Source of the DNA: Diplonema japonicum
Lineage: Eukaryota > Protista > Euglenozoa: Diplonemea
Assembly: GCA_964019335.1 (NCBI GenBank)
Contig: OZ025686.1
Coordinates: 516,318-580,317 of the forward strand
Direction of reading: 5' to 3'
DNA: 64,000 nt
Shown here: positions 45,980-57,632 of the stretch, piece after piece
How positions within the stretch are numbered: position 1 is the stretch's first letter
Layout of the letters: every line of letters starts with the position of its first letter
Position numbers and translations under genes: made by a program
The notes under the pieces: model-generated
Seen by the model: only the letters and a program-made list of their open reading frames with translations
Told to the model about the DNA's origin: nothing
Database searches by the model: none

Positions 45980-48223
45980 ATGGGTCAAAATGCTTCCAGT
46001 GTCTCAGGTGCACTTACGCAGGATCTGAACAGGAAGAGTGGTGTACACACAGTAACTATTCCCGGAGATTTGTTAGATGCTACACATGTATGTCACCTAT
46101 TCCCTCGTACTATTTTCTCATAGGAATGGAACCAGAGTTTCCGTAAGAACACACACAACGCACTTCGTGATCTAAGAGCGCTCTGCACCAGACTGGGGAC
46201 CCATAAATGGGAAGGCATATGCCCCGCCTTAGAGGTAGTAAAGGGGTTGGAGACTGTGAACCGTAGCCTCTTTCAAGCCGAGGATAGCTTGAAGCACGCG
46301 ATCCAGAACGTGAACGAGATCAACAACCGCATCGGAAGGCCAGCCATCCTGAAGGAAGTCCTTCAAGGAACAACAGGCGGGCCTGCTGGCTTGATGCTGA
46401 TCCTGCTTGGGTCTGACACAGTCTCAGAAATCGTCAGCGAGATCGACACCTTCATACCTGCCGTGCACGCTATGCATGATGCCACCTTCCCCATGATGAA
46501 AAAGGTTAGGAATGCCGTTCCTGGTATGCTCGCAAACGAGACTCTGTCCAGTGGGTGGTACGAGTTCTCCTGCTCTACAATGAAAGCTGGCACAGAGCTT
46601 GCGACACACCTCAGCAAGCTGCTAAACATCGCAAGCACCATCAATAAAGTGCTGCAGAAGCACGCATCACCGAGGCCCATCAACGGACACCCTGTGAAAA
46701 ACGATGCCTGGACAGCCGTTCGTACGGCTCGTGGTGCTAACAGCTACAGCGTGCCTCTGAGAGCCTTTCCGGGCTACACGAGCCTCAAGAGAAAGACCCC
46801 CCCTGGTAGCGAACCGCCAGCGAAGAGGCTAGTCACCTTGCTAGCTGTACCCCAGAAAAACACCCAGAAAAGCAGCAGCGAGAGGAAAAAGGTAGTCGCT
46901 GTGGCAAAGGACAAGACGTTCGCTGAGATCTCCGCCCACCTGAAGCATGAAGTGGACGCCATGACTGAAGACAACACGAAGTACCAAGCGGTGCTGTCCT
47001 CTGTACAGCATGTCACACCGTCACCGCCTGATGATAACGGCGACAATGTGTGGGACCAGTTCGAAGAGGCGGTGACTGCTGTGAGGGACTGGGCCATCAA
47101 CTTTGTGGTGGCGCTGCAAAATGCCCCCATCGAGAACAGCACGAGGAGGGAAACGTTCGATGTTGTTCAGAATTTTTACACCCTCATGCAGAAGACTTCC
47201 CTGAGGCTCCAGACTTACAGGATATTCCTCAGGCAGGTGAAGTACGCGTTGGATTCTGTACTTGACGTGTTTGTGCTGCCCGAGGACATCAAACTAGACC
47301 TACAGAAGATGGCCGACAACGACCTTAAGCTCAAGAAGATCAAAGCCTACGCGGAGTCGAACAAGGAGGGGCTCGCCTTCAACCTGAAGGCCTTGTCAGG
47401 AGTGCTCAACGACCGTAGCGAACTGACTGACCTATTGAACCTACACACGGAGTGGGTGAAAATGAACAATGCTGTGCAATCTGTGCAGATCGATGTTAAG
47501 AATGACATCGAGGCGTTCAAAGCAAAGATGCGCAGGATCGGCTGGATCAGCATGGCTATCACCGCTGTTGTGGGTGTTGCGCTTGTTGTTGGTACAATGG
47601 GCGCAGCAGCCCCTGAGGTTGCTGCAGCTGCAGCGGAGGAAGTCGCCGAGACGGCGGCCATCGAGGCAGCGGAGGTGGGTACGGAGGTGGCAGTGGACAC
47701 GATGGTGGACGGTGCAGTTGATGCTGCTGTGGAGGCCGGGGAGGTGGAGGCGGAAGCGGAGGCCGCGGTAGTAAAGGAAGGAGGCGAAGGGGCTACCGAG
47801 CTGTTCAGCCAGATTGGGGAGGGATTTGGAAAGATTTCTGTTGTGGCTAGTCTTAGCACTGGAGCGAAAGAGTATGTTGAGAAGCTGCAGAATCAGCAGC
47901 TCTCAACAATCAAGTTGGCTGTCGACGGCATCGACGATCTCCAGAAAAACGCTTCCCTTATCGAAATAATGCTCCTGTACATCTACAAGGACTGGGTGGA
48001 CTTGGACGCCACCCCAATCATATCAGCCAACGACCCACTCAAGTCCGTATACGCCACGTGGGGAACGCTGAACCCGAAGCCCCTTCTGAAGGCCTTGGCA
48101 GACGCGCAAAAGACGCTCGAGGACATCCAGCAGAAGGTGCACGGCGCTGAGGACAAGATTGACGCTGAGATCGGTTCTTACAACAAAGACGTGTACCAGC
48201 CCATGTTGAAGATGTTCGGGTGA
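45980..48223 (+). CDS. Hypothetical helical/coiled-coil protein with an N-myristoylation motif and a hydrophobic segment; intron 46088-46123
   Basis: Starts MGQNASS; a 36-nt GTATG..TAG intron joins it in frame to ORF 46247-48223. Hydrophobic stretch WISMAITAVVGVALVVGTMGAAAP followed by an Ala/Glu-rich region. Confidence 0.72.
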
Positions 48224-50152
48224 TACTTTCGGTGCCATTGTGCTTTGTAAACCCCTTCCTCTCGAATACAACAATTCAACGTATACATATATTTTATCCA
48301 AACGGCGGACCGGCTGCTGTCAAAAGCCTTTCCTCACACCGGCAGCCACATTGGTATTCCAACGTACTCCTTCACAATGAGGAGCAATCGCACCACCCCC
48401 TCTTTTTTTTGCTCCCATTTTTTATTGTCTATTCGACGTTTCTTCGGTTGGCATCTGAAGAGGTTTTGGCATGGGTGTAGAATATCTTGGACATTCCGCC
48501 CATTCTATTTCCACCTCCTGGGGTGCATGCCATTCGAATCTCGATTTGTATTATTGGGAAGGATTATTGGACATAAGTGCATTTTTCGAATCCATTGGTA
48601 GAGGGCGCAGCTTATGCCCAATGACGATACGGGTTCGAAGATGGCACTCCATACGCCATGATCCGAATGTAAGCACTGTGCCTAGGGCCACGAAATTGTC
48701 AACAATTGTCATTTAGTTTCCCTTATTCTTTTCAACCCAACCGTGGAATGAAATCCAAATTAGACCTTTGGTTCATCATGGCAACTTTTTTTCTTTCTAA
48801 GGAACGTGATGACCCTCGCACACTGAAAGGCAATTGTTAACAGCTTCGCCCTCCCTCTTTATTTATTGACTCCTCCTTTATTTTCTCGTCCCCTTTTACA
48901 CCTTTTAATATCCTCTCTTTTTATTATTACCACCACCCAAGTCCCTCAGACCCCTCTTCATCAACGGACAACGATAGGTTGTGTTGGATGACCTTAGTAA
49001 GGAGTTTTGTGTTTTTTTTTCCAAGCTCTTAATTGTATCACAGTATCTTTTTACACTTTAATTTTTGCAATGGATACCAGCAGAGAGTGGACAGATGACT
49101 GAAAGGGAGTTGTTGTTGCAGAGGATCAAGGACATCTCTCCAACAAGATCGAGACAGAGGAGAAGGAGATCAAGGATCTGAAGGTGAAAGTAAGGTCTGC
49201 AAGATACTAATAAGCAAAACGCGTTGATCGATGCAAATGAAGAAGATGTAAGGACCAAGTTGGCAAGCTGGAGGATGATAAGAATCGCTTCACCTTTGTC
49301 CATGCATGTATAGAGGTTGTGTGCCATGCATTATTTCAGTTCGTTGAACTTGATGGAGGAATTGACACTCTTAAGTACCCAGCAGTTGAAGAGGCTTTTG
49401 TCAAGCAGAAACTTTAATATTTTCATCTGCCACCGGCGGCTTTGGACTACCCTTGTGTTGCGTTGGGTGGCAGCGTCGTTCCCATCATCCACACCCATAA
49501 GGTCGTTGTAGGCTGGAAGACGACCTTTGGAATGGGAAAGGCGACCTTGGACTTTCCAACAGATGCGACTGCGATCCGGAAGCCAAACTGTTCGAGGAGA
49601 GGCTTGGGGGCAATGCGAAGTACAAGGAACACCTGAGGGAGTACTACTCGTGCTTCGGAGGGAACATGCGTGGGCTGAAGCAGGACTTCCTGCTACCTTG
49701 TATGTAAACGTGATAAATAAACACCAACAACTGCTACTCACAGTGGGCGGAGTTAAAGACCCTGCAGATAGGAAAAGAGAATAACACTTTATTTTAACAG
49801 AGATCAGTAGGAACCTTACGGAATATATTGTACTTTGGAATAAAGCAAACCTTCAGGGCTTCGAAAAGAACCTACTACCGACTGTGTTCACCAACAACCC
49901 TTGGCAGTTAAATATGATTTTAATAAATTCCTACCAAAATATAAAACCCATACTACTGATCTCATTCTAGGACATATCAGACTATCTATTTTCAGAAAGC
50001 ACAGAGAAACCTACCATCTGCACCACATGATATGTGCATCACTTGCTTCAGGGAAAGACGGAGGAGACCATGGCAGCAGGGTGGCTAATGGATGGCTGCC
50101 CAAGGCTGGTGATGCTTAAACAAACAAAGAAAATACTGTAAAACAAAAATCA

Positions 50153-50228
50153 CCGGAAGAAAAAATATCCGGAAGATAAAATGTCCGGAAGCTCTTGAGG
50201 TCCGGATATTTTTTCTTCCGGACATTTT
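50153..50228. repeat. Inverted repeat built from TCCGGA-containing subunits (MITE-like)
   Basis: Perfect 21-bp arms 50153-50173 and 50201-50221, plus a further pair 50178-50191 and 50215-50228. Confidence 0.75.
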
Positions 50229-50361
50229 TTCCTGGGTCCCCCCCTTTTTTTTTAAAGGGCTGGACCCGAAAACGGCTAGCAAGAGAAAATCAAACGAAAA
50301 ATCGGAGAATTGAATTACGGACTTTTCCAAGAACTAAAAGATACCTCAAATCTTGATTGTT

Positions 50362-50679
50362 ACCAACGATTCTAAAGCTACAGTTTCTGTACTTTATTGG
50401 TCGTTCGTGTTCTGCTGGTGCCTGCCGCCTCTGCCTGGGTTTGCCGCTGCGTCCGTCGTCCGTCGTCGCCGTCGTCCGGGGGGGTTGTTTTGCCTGTCGG
50501 CCTGCCCGCCGCTTACCGAAAGGATCCCTCCCCCAACACACACTTTAAAAAAAAATAAAAAAAATAAAAAATGGATCCAAGACGGAACGCAAGAGGACCG
50601 CGCAAACCGCAGGGAGAAGGAACCCCGACAGGCCACCAGGCTGCACACGACGCCAGGGCCGACCCAACCAGACTATCTG
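50362..50679 (+). mobile_element. Spliced-leader-headed element, copy A (SL exon, 5' UTR and truncated ORF start MDPRR)
   Basis: 38 of the 39 SL nt at 50362-50399, followed by sequence shared with 57672-57757 and with ~59165-59291. Confidence 0.75.
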
Positions 50680-51524
50680 TTGTAGAGTTAGGTTGGTTTT
50701 TGGGATTCCTTTCTTTTTTTCTTCTTCTTCTTTCCATTTTCCCTCGCGACTCTCTGCCCTTTTGTGCTCCGAGCATTTGCTTAAGAGGTTATGTTTCTTA
50801 GCAGTTGCGAAAGTACAGCAGAGAAAAGCGTTTGCGAAAGAAAGAAAGAAAGAAAGAAAGAGAAAAAAAAAAGAAAGTTGACATATCCCCTTTGCTAATT
50901 GCTGCTCTACTCCTTTTTTTTCTCTTTTCTTTTTTTTTAAAAAAAAAGATTAATGACCTTTTCATGTCATGGTGTGCATCAACTACTAGCACCGCTTAAC
51001 GATGAGTACACGGGGTGAGCACGAAACCAGAAATTTCGGTTTCGTGTTCACCCCGTGATCCCTCTCTTATGGGGCCCCACAGGGACCAGGCTAGCATTGT
51101 CACACACATGGATAAAAAAGAAAATCGGTCTTTTTTTTTCTATACACAAAGATCTAAACTGTGAGTATGAAGGGCTGCTTGTTGCGCTGGAAGGGAGGGC
51201 TCCGAGGAAGGCAATATCCCAACAACATCTCAATCTTTCATAACGTGGATGTTCTCCCTCACTCTCTCGTTTTTTTTTGCCTTCTGCAGGACTTCAGAAA
51301 TACAGTTATCTTCTTTTTAATTCGTTACTTGTTGTTTTTTTTTTTTATATATCACTCTTTCCTTTGCTTCATATTGTAGAGGTCAGAGTGAAGAATAAAA
51401 TTCCTCCCTTTTTCTTCTTCTTTTTTTCTTCTTCTTTTTTCTTTTCTTTTTGTTCCCTCTTCTTCTTCTTCATACATGGTTGTTCCCACCACCACCACCA
51501 ACACCACCACCAGGTTTTTACCCA

Positions 51525-51525
<1 letters not shown>
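50680..51525 (+). repeat. Duplicated non-coding upstream module, copy 1 (ahead of tyrosinase)
   Basis: Collinear with 53788-54628; identical 84-nt block 50762-50845 = 53860-53943. Confidence 0.85.
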
Positions 51526-51566
<41 letters not shown>

Positions 51567-51572
51567 CAAAAG

Positions 51573-53222
51573 ATGCATACTTCGGTGCTTCTAGCGCTAA
51601 TCCTGAGCCTAGCGGGTGGGGCAGCAGCAGCGGAAAAGTGCACCGACCTGCGGCTCTCCGGCGGAGGGATCTGGGTGGACAAGCCTTACGAGACTGGTTG
51701 TGACTGGTACGGTGCTGTGGCGCAGCGCTGCGGGTGGTACGGCTCTCGCTACCGGAACGAACACGTGGCGAACGAGGCGTGCTGCGTGTGCGGAGGGGGG
51801 AAGACCTCAAACGAGACCGATGTGCCGGCGACACCCAGCCCCCCCACCGATGCGCCGGCGACGCCCAGCCCCCCCACCGGGTGCGGGCCGCGTGTGAGGA
51901 AGGGGTGGTCCATGCTGTCGTGCACGGAGAGGGAGCACTTCATCGAGGCAGTGCGGACGCTGCACTCGGAGAATACCACAGACTACCACGACCTGTCGCA
52001 GCTGCACAGGAACAACGGAAGGTATGCGCACGGGACTTCTGCCTTCCTCCCCTGGCACCGCTGGTTCCTGGTCGGCTACGAGAACGCCCTGCGCTCCCTC
52101 CCCGGGTTCGAGTGCATGACGGTCCCGTACTGGGACTGGGAGAGGGACGACGCGGAGGAGCGCTTCAGCACAACCTTCAGGGCGAAGACCTTCGGAACGA
52201 GGAGCGGTGTGGGGGGCTGGCCCGACAACTGCGTGACGGAGGGAGTGGCGGCGGGGTGGACGGCATCGGACGGGGATTGCCTGTCCAGGAACTGGGGCGG
52301 GGCTGGGTTCACAGGGGCGATGGAGATCTCGGCGATCATCACCTCGAACGCGGCCTTCCGGAACTTCCGCCCCGTCTTGGAGGGGAACCCGCACGCCGCC
52401 CCGCACATCTACGTCAGCGGCCACATGGGGTCGTACCTGAGCCCCGACGACCCGCTCTTCTTCGTGCACCACGCGAACGTGGACAGGATATGGGCCTTGT
52501 GGCAGGACTACCACGGCTACGATGAGGTCCCGAAGGACGCCCTCAACGAGACCATCTACTTCTCCGCTTCGTCCGCTGAGGACATGAGCCTGGAGGGGAC
52601 GCTGCCCTTCACCGTGGACGGGAGCAGGATCCCCACCTTCTTCAAGGACCACCCCGCCACCATCCGCGACATGCACAGCATCACAGACCTCCCATACGGT
52701 GCGAGCTACACCTACGGCACGGACACCCTTGCGGACCTCATCGGGAGCCCCTTGAGGGGGAGCTGGGACCTCGTTGTTCCCGGGACGGCCCCGAAGCTGA
52801 CGTGCTGCGGGGACGGGACGGTGGACACTGCGGAGATGGGGGGTGCCGAGGAGTGCGACGACGGGAACACTGTTGACGGGGACGGCTGTTCCTCCACCTG
52901 TGTGAGCGAGGGGGGTGCTTCCAGGGAGGGGGTTGTTCTCAACGACAAGGACAACAACAAGAACAACAAGGAGGGCAATTCCCGCGCAGCGTTCAAGGAG
53001 CACTTCCTCTCAGACAAGAACCTCGAGTTGATGTTCGACGAGGCAGACGCGACGAGGGAGAAGGAGGGGGAGAGCAAGTCTGCTATGTTTAAAGACCTTG
53101 CGCAGGAGGAATGCCACAGACACTCCACCGGCCAGGACCAGATCCCCGACTCTTTCATCTCCATGATGAGGGCACCGGTCTCCGCACGTGGTCTGTACAA
53201 GCCTTGCGGTTCCTTGAAGTAG
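51573..53222 (+). CDS. Secreted tyrosinase (type-3 copper) with an N-terminal Cys-rich module and a DUF4215-like (myxococcal Cys-rich) repeat
   Basis: Signal peptide; ANEACCVCGGG module; RVRK.W, H..AHG...FLPWHR, PYWDW and PH...H..SP.DP.FF.HH.NVDRIW; CGDG..EECDDGN..DGDGCSSTC. Confidence 0.9.
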   Translation: MHTSVLLALILSLAGGAAAAEKCTDLRLSGGGIWVDKPYETGCDWYGAVAQRCGWYGSRYRNEHVANEACCVCGGGKTSNETDVPATPSPPTDAPATPSPPTGCGPRVRKGWSMLSCTEREHFIEAVRTLHSENTTDYHDLSQLHRNNGRYAHGTSAFLPWHRWFLVGYENALRSLPGFECMTVPYWDWERDDAEERFSTTFRAKTFGTRSGVGGWPDNCVTEGVAAGWTASDGDCLSRNWGGAGFTGAMEISAIITSNAAFRNFRPVLEGNPHAAPHIYVSGHMGSYLSPDDPLFFVHHANVDRIWALWQDYHGYDEVPKDALNETIYFSASSAEDMSLEGTLPFTVDGSRIPTFFKDHPATIRDMHSITDLPYGASYTYGTDTLADLIGSPLRGSWDLVVPGTAPKLTCCGDGTVDTAEMGGAEECDDGNTVDGDGCSSTCVSEGGASREGVVLNDKDNNKNNKEGNSRAAFKEHFLSDKNLELMFDEADATREKEGESKSAMFKDLAQEECHRHSTGQDQIPDSFISMMRAPVSARGLYKPCGSLK

Positions 53223-53787
53223 AGAGGCACAAAGAAAACAATCACTCCGCTTTTCTTTCTTTCGGGAGTTTTTTATTTTATTTTTTCCCCTACTAAAAAA
53301 TCTGTTTTTTCAAAAAAAAAAAAAAAAAAAAAAAAGAGAACATATCTTAATTCCTTGTGCATTTTGGGCCGAGTGGAGAAAAAAAGGGGGAATAAGAAAA
53401 AAAAGCACAAAAAAAAACTAATTTGCAGTTTTTTTTTTGTTCTTTTTTTTTTTTATTATTCTCAAGCTTTATTCTCTATACTTGTTGCAAAAGAAATGCA
53501 TTAAATCGTAAAGGTATTTTTCACTCCCTTTCCCCCCTTCGTTTCCCACTTTTTTTTTATTATTTTTCCTTGCGGAATGGTATTCAAAAAAAAAAGAAAG
53601 AAAAAAAAAAGAAGGAGAGAGAGAGAGAGAAAAAAGAAGAAGGAAAGAAAGAAAACCTGGAGTACGGATCGTAACAATCCTTCAGTTTATCGCTTATCTT
53701 TTCATCATCAGGTGTTTCTCTCTCTCTCTCTCTCATTTCTTTTTCTGTTCTTTTAAATTCATTTTTTTCTTCAATTCGTGTTCATTT

Positions 53788-54628
53788 TTGTAGAGTTGGT
53801 TTTTGGGACTCCTTTTATTTTTTTCTAAATATTTCCTCCCCTCGCGACTCTCTGCCTTATTGTGCTCCGAGCATTTGCTTAAGAGGTTATGTTTCTTAGC
53901 AGTTGCGAAAGTACAGCAGAGAAAAGCGTTTGCGAAAGAAAGATTGGAAAAAAAAAAAAGTTGACATATCCCTTTTGCTAATTGCTGCTCTACTCTTTTC
54001 TTCTTTTTTTTTTTTTAATGACCCCTTTTCATGTCATGGTAGCACCGCTTAGCGATGAGCTTTCCCCGTGATCCCTCTCTTATGGGACCCCACAGGGACC
54101 AGGCTAGCATTGTGTCACACATGGATAAAAAAAAAGAAAACTGGTCTTTTTTTCTTCTTCTTTTTCCTTTCTTCCCTCTCCTTTAAATATTTATTGCATC
54201 AACAAAGATCTAAACTGTGAGTATGAAGGGCTGCTTGTTGCGCTGGTGGGGGGGAAGGGCACTGCCTCCGGCTGCTCCTTCGAAGGAGGCATCTCAATCT
54301 TTCATAACGTGAATGTTCTCACTCTTCTTCTTTTTTTTTGCCTTCTGCAGGACTTCCGGGCATCTCCACAGCAGGGTAAGCCTGGATTCAGAAATACAGT
54401 TATCTTCTCGTCTTTTTTTTTTTTTAAATTCTTTTGTTGTTTTTCTTCTTCTTCTTTTTTTTTTTTTTTATCATTCTTTCCTTTACTTTCATATTGTAGA
54501 GGCGCTCAGAATGAAAAAAAAAAGAGAAAAAAAATAAAGAAAAAAATAAAATTCCTCCCATTTTCTTTTTTTGTTGTTGTTCATATAAATGGTTGTTTGA
54601 ATCCCCCAACAGGTTTTTTATACACACG
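53788..54628 (+). repeat. Duplicated non-coding upstream module, copy 2 (ahead of chitinase)
   Basis: Collinear with 50680-51525 through to the probable acceptor (CAG followed by GTTTTT) just upstream of the ATG. Confidence 0.85.
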
Positions 54629-54645
54629 AAAAAAAGAAAATAATA

Positions 54646-56247
54646 ATGAAGACACTAAAGATGCTTGGGTTGATGCTGCTTGCGGCAGGGGCGGCAGGGC
54701 AGTCAGTGGCAGACTGCCAACGCTGCATCAACAGGAACGAGCCTTGCTACAAATCCGGGTGGGCAGAGCCGTGCTACCCTGGCGGGGGCAGCGCGAGCGT
54801 GTGCACGTCGAACCAGGCGACGTGGTGCCCGTCGATGGGGGGCACGGTGCCGGCGCCCCCTCCGACGCCGACGCCCCCGACCCCTCCGCCCGGACCGTCG
54901 GCGCAGGCGGAGGAGGACAGCAGGATGATCGCCTACGTCGGGAACTGGCAGGCGTGCCCCACGGATGCGCAGATGAACGCCTACACGCACGTGCTCGTGT
55001 CGTTCGCGGTGACCTACACGTGGAACCCCGGGAAGAACACCTGCAACCAGCAGTGCCAGATCTCGTCGCCCGTGCCGGTGTGCGGGAACGCCCCTCAGCC
55101 GGCGCTCGTACAGAAGTGGAGGGCAGCGGGGAAGAAGGTGATCCTGTCCTTCGGGGGTGCCGGGATGGGGGGCTCTTGGGACGGGCTGGACGACTGCTGG
55201 GAGTACTGCTACGGGAAGGAGGACTTCGTGATCCAGCAGCTGGTGGAGATCGCGAGGGACCAGAACTTCGACGGGGTGGACATCGACTACGAGTACTACT
55301 ACGAGAACGGGCAGAGGGGGTCCTCCTTCGCGAAGGGGGCGCAGGCACAGAAGTTCCTGAGGGACGTGACGGTCGGGCTGAGGCAGAGCCTCCCCTCCGG
55401 GAGCGAGGTCTCGCACGCCCCGATGGACATCGACATGAAGCAGGGGACCGGCTACTACAACGTCATCAAGGAGGTGGCGAGCTCCATGGACTTCATCATG
55501 CCGCAGTACTACAACGGGGTGACGCGCCCCAACTCGGACGGGATCAACGGCGGGGTACACGAGTCCGCCCTGGCGCACTACAAGACTCTTGTGACGGACT
55601 GCTTCGGGAACGACCCCACGAAGGTGGTCTTCGGCTTCTGCATCAGCGACTGCGGGGGCACCGGCTCCAACAGCAACGCGCAGCAGGCCATCAGCGTGAT
55701 GGAGGACCTGAACAAGGAGTACGCCTGCAACGGGGGGGCCTTCTTCTGGGTTGCCGCCCACGACGGGAACGGGGCCTGGTCCCAGGCAGTCTCCGCCACC
55801 GTCACCCCTTCCAGGGGGTGCAGCCACGGGAACAACCCCCCTCCTGCCTCCACCCCGATGCCTACTCCAATGCCGACCCCTGTGCCCACTACCGTCGCCT
55901 CCACCCCGGTTCCCACAACTGCCCGCACTCCTGCTCCTACCCCGATGCCTACCCCGATGCCGACCCCGATGCCTACCCCTCAGCCCGATACCACTGTTCG
56001 CACCCCTGCCCCTACTCCGATGCCTACCCCTCAGCCCACCCCCGCTCCCACTCCTCAGCCCGCTGCCTCCACACCGGTCCCCACCTCGGACGCCAGCTGT
56101 GCCCGCAGGATCGGTGCATGGGGTGGGTGCCTCTCGGACCCTAACTGCTGCGAGGCTGGGCTGTCGTGCTACCAGCAGAACCAGTGGTGGGCCAGGTGCC
56201 TGTCTGTTTGCCACTACGCACCCGAGTGCGTGAAGATCGGCAACTAG
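54646..56247 (+). CDS. Secreted GH18 chitinase-like enzyme with Pro/Thr linker and a C-terminal CBM1-like module
   Basis: Signal peptide, [10 protein letters not shown], catalytic [15 protein letters not shown] and GGAFFW; PTPM repeats; WGGC...[19 protein letters not shown]. Confidence 0.9.
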   Translation: MKTLKMLGLMLLAAGAAGQSVADCQRCINRNEPCYKSGWAEPCYPGGGSASVCTSNQATWCPSMGGTVPAPPPTPTPPTPPPGPSAQAEEDSRMIAYVGNWQACPTDAQMNAYTHVLVSFAVTYTWNPGKNTCNQQCQISSPVPVCGNAPQPALVQKWRAAGKKVILSFGGAGMGGSWDGLDDCWEYCYGKEDFVIQQLVEIARDQNFDGVDIDYEYYYENGQRGSSFAKGAQAQKFLRDVTVGLRQSLPSGSEVSHAPMDIDMKQGTGYYNVIKEVASSMDFIMPQYYNGVTRPNSDGINGGVHESALAHYKTLVTDCFGNDPTKVVFGFCISDCGGTGSNSNAQQAISVMEDLNKEYACNGGAFFWVAAHDGNGAWSQAVSATVTPSRGCSHGNNPPPASTPMPTPMPTPVPTTVASTPVPTTARTPAPTPMPTPMPTPMPTPQPDTTVRTPAPTPMPTPQPTPAPTPQPAASTPVPTSDASCARRIGAWGGCLSDPNCCEAGLSCYQQNQWWARCLSVCHYAPECVKIGN

Positions 56248-56465
56248 GCTACACTCACGATAAATAAGTACACGAGATGTGAGAAAAAGGAGGGGTTCTC
56301 TCTTATTTAAAAAAGAAGAAAAAAATATTTTTTGAATTACTACCTTTTGATTATTGAATTATTTTTGTGTCCCATTTGTGGTAAATGTTTTCTGACCAAA
56401 GCGGCTAGGAAGAGCAGGGTGTGTAAGGTGATGACACTTGTCCCTTCCCTGAACACCACTCTTTT

Positions 56466-56508
<43 letters not shown>

Positions 56509-56958
56509 CCGAAAGAACCTTTGGACCTTTGACCTCCGGTTTCAAACCTCTTCCTCTCCCTCTCTCTTTTTTTTTTAAAGTAAATTCTTTTTTTTTCTTT
56601 GGTGGGTCGTAGCCAACATATTTCTCGTCCCATCATACTTTTTCTTGTTTTTTTCTTTCTTTTTTTTCTCTTTTTTTTCTGAGATACGTAGAGACAAAGG
56701 AGGGACGTTCCAAACAAGAACCTCTTTTATCTCATCTCTTTATTTCCTTTTTGTATCACAGGCTTCACTTTTTATAAAGGTACCTCCAAAATAATATTTT
56801 CAAAGGTCCTACACGAAGTCCATCCACCTGATACTCTTCTTCATATGACTATTTTCTTCAAGATTGATTTTTTATTTATTTACTTAGTTACTTTCTTTTG
56901 TCTGATAAATATTCCACACAGGTTTATTTTTCTATTAATTTAAACACTCTTCTTGGAA

Positions 56959-57123
56959 ATGTCACGCGCGATTGCTGCATGTGTCCTGCTGCTCGGGTCC
57001 CTCGTCGGGACGGCTGTTGCCCAGACATGCCCCCTCACCTTCGTGGGGGACGTGAAGCAGTTCGTGGTGGAGCAGGAGAACGGGACCAAAACTGCAACAA
57101 CTTCATTTACCGCATCTAGGTGA
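56959..57123 (+). pseudogene. Frameshifted 5' fragment of a secreted-protein gene
   Basis: Signal-peptide-like MSRAIAACVLLLGSLVGTAVAQTCP, then a frameshift in a C-run and a stop within ~30 codons. Confidence 0.4.
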
Positions 57124-57632
57124 TGGATGGAAGGGTCGAAGGGAAGAACAGGAGCTGCAAGCTAATTGAAGTCGTGAACCACCTCCTTCTGGAATGCAAC
57201 AATACATAAACTGGATAAAGCAGCGGTCGAAGTGGGCAGGGATGAGATTTTAGCATATTAAAAGCAGTTCGTGTGCATGTGGGGTTGACACATGCCCTCA
57301 CAGAAGAGCCCTTTATATATACAATCATTGTTAACGTGATCCAAACTAGCTTACTAGAAAAGTGCATCTCCTCTAAAATGGAATAGAATAGCGGAAATAT
57401 GTGGACGTTCCAAAGGTAGCTGATCCGACGTTATTGGGATTTTATCTATTTTTTTTGTCTAAAACAACTACTCACAAATGAAAACTAGTCTTTTATACAA
57501 TGGTTGGCAAATGAGGACAACCTATCAATATATCGACCTTATACGGAATTAAGGGTACTTGTAACCAAGGATGTTACAAGAAGTGTGTGGCTTTGAAGGA
57601 GAAAAGGTAGGGAACTTGAGGCATTTCCAATT

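Noticed and set aside
48300-50120. Decayed coding-like fragments (coiled-coil-like pieces near 49090-49290)
   Set aside because: Several stops and frameshifts and no recognisable family; too weak to call.
55850-56085. 12-nt tandem repeats as CRISPR or satellite
   Set aside because: They encode the Pro/Thr linker of the chitinase and have no spacers.
54246-56144. 632-aa alternative-frame ORF overlapping the chitinase
   Set aside because: It starts in low-complexity repeat sequence and stays open only because of high GC3; Arg/Gly-rich with no domain.
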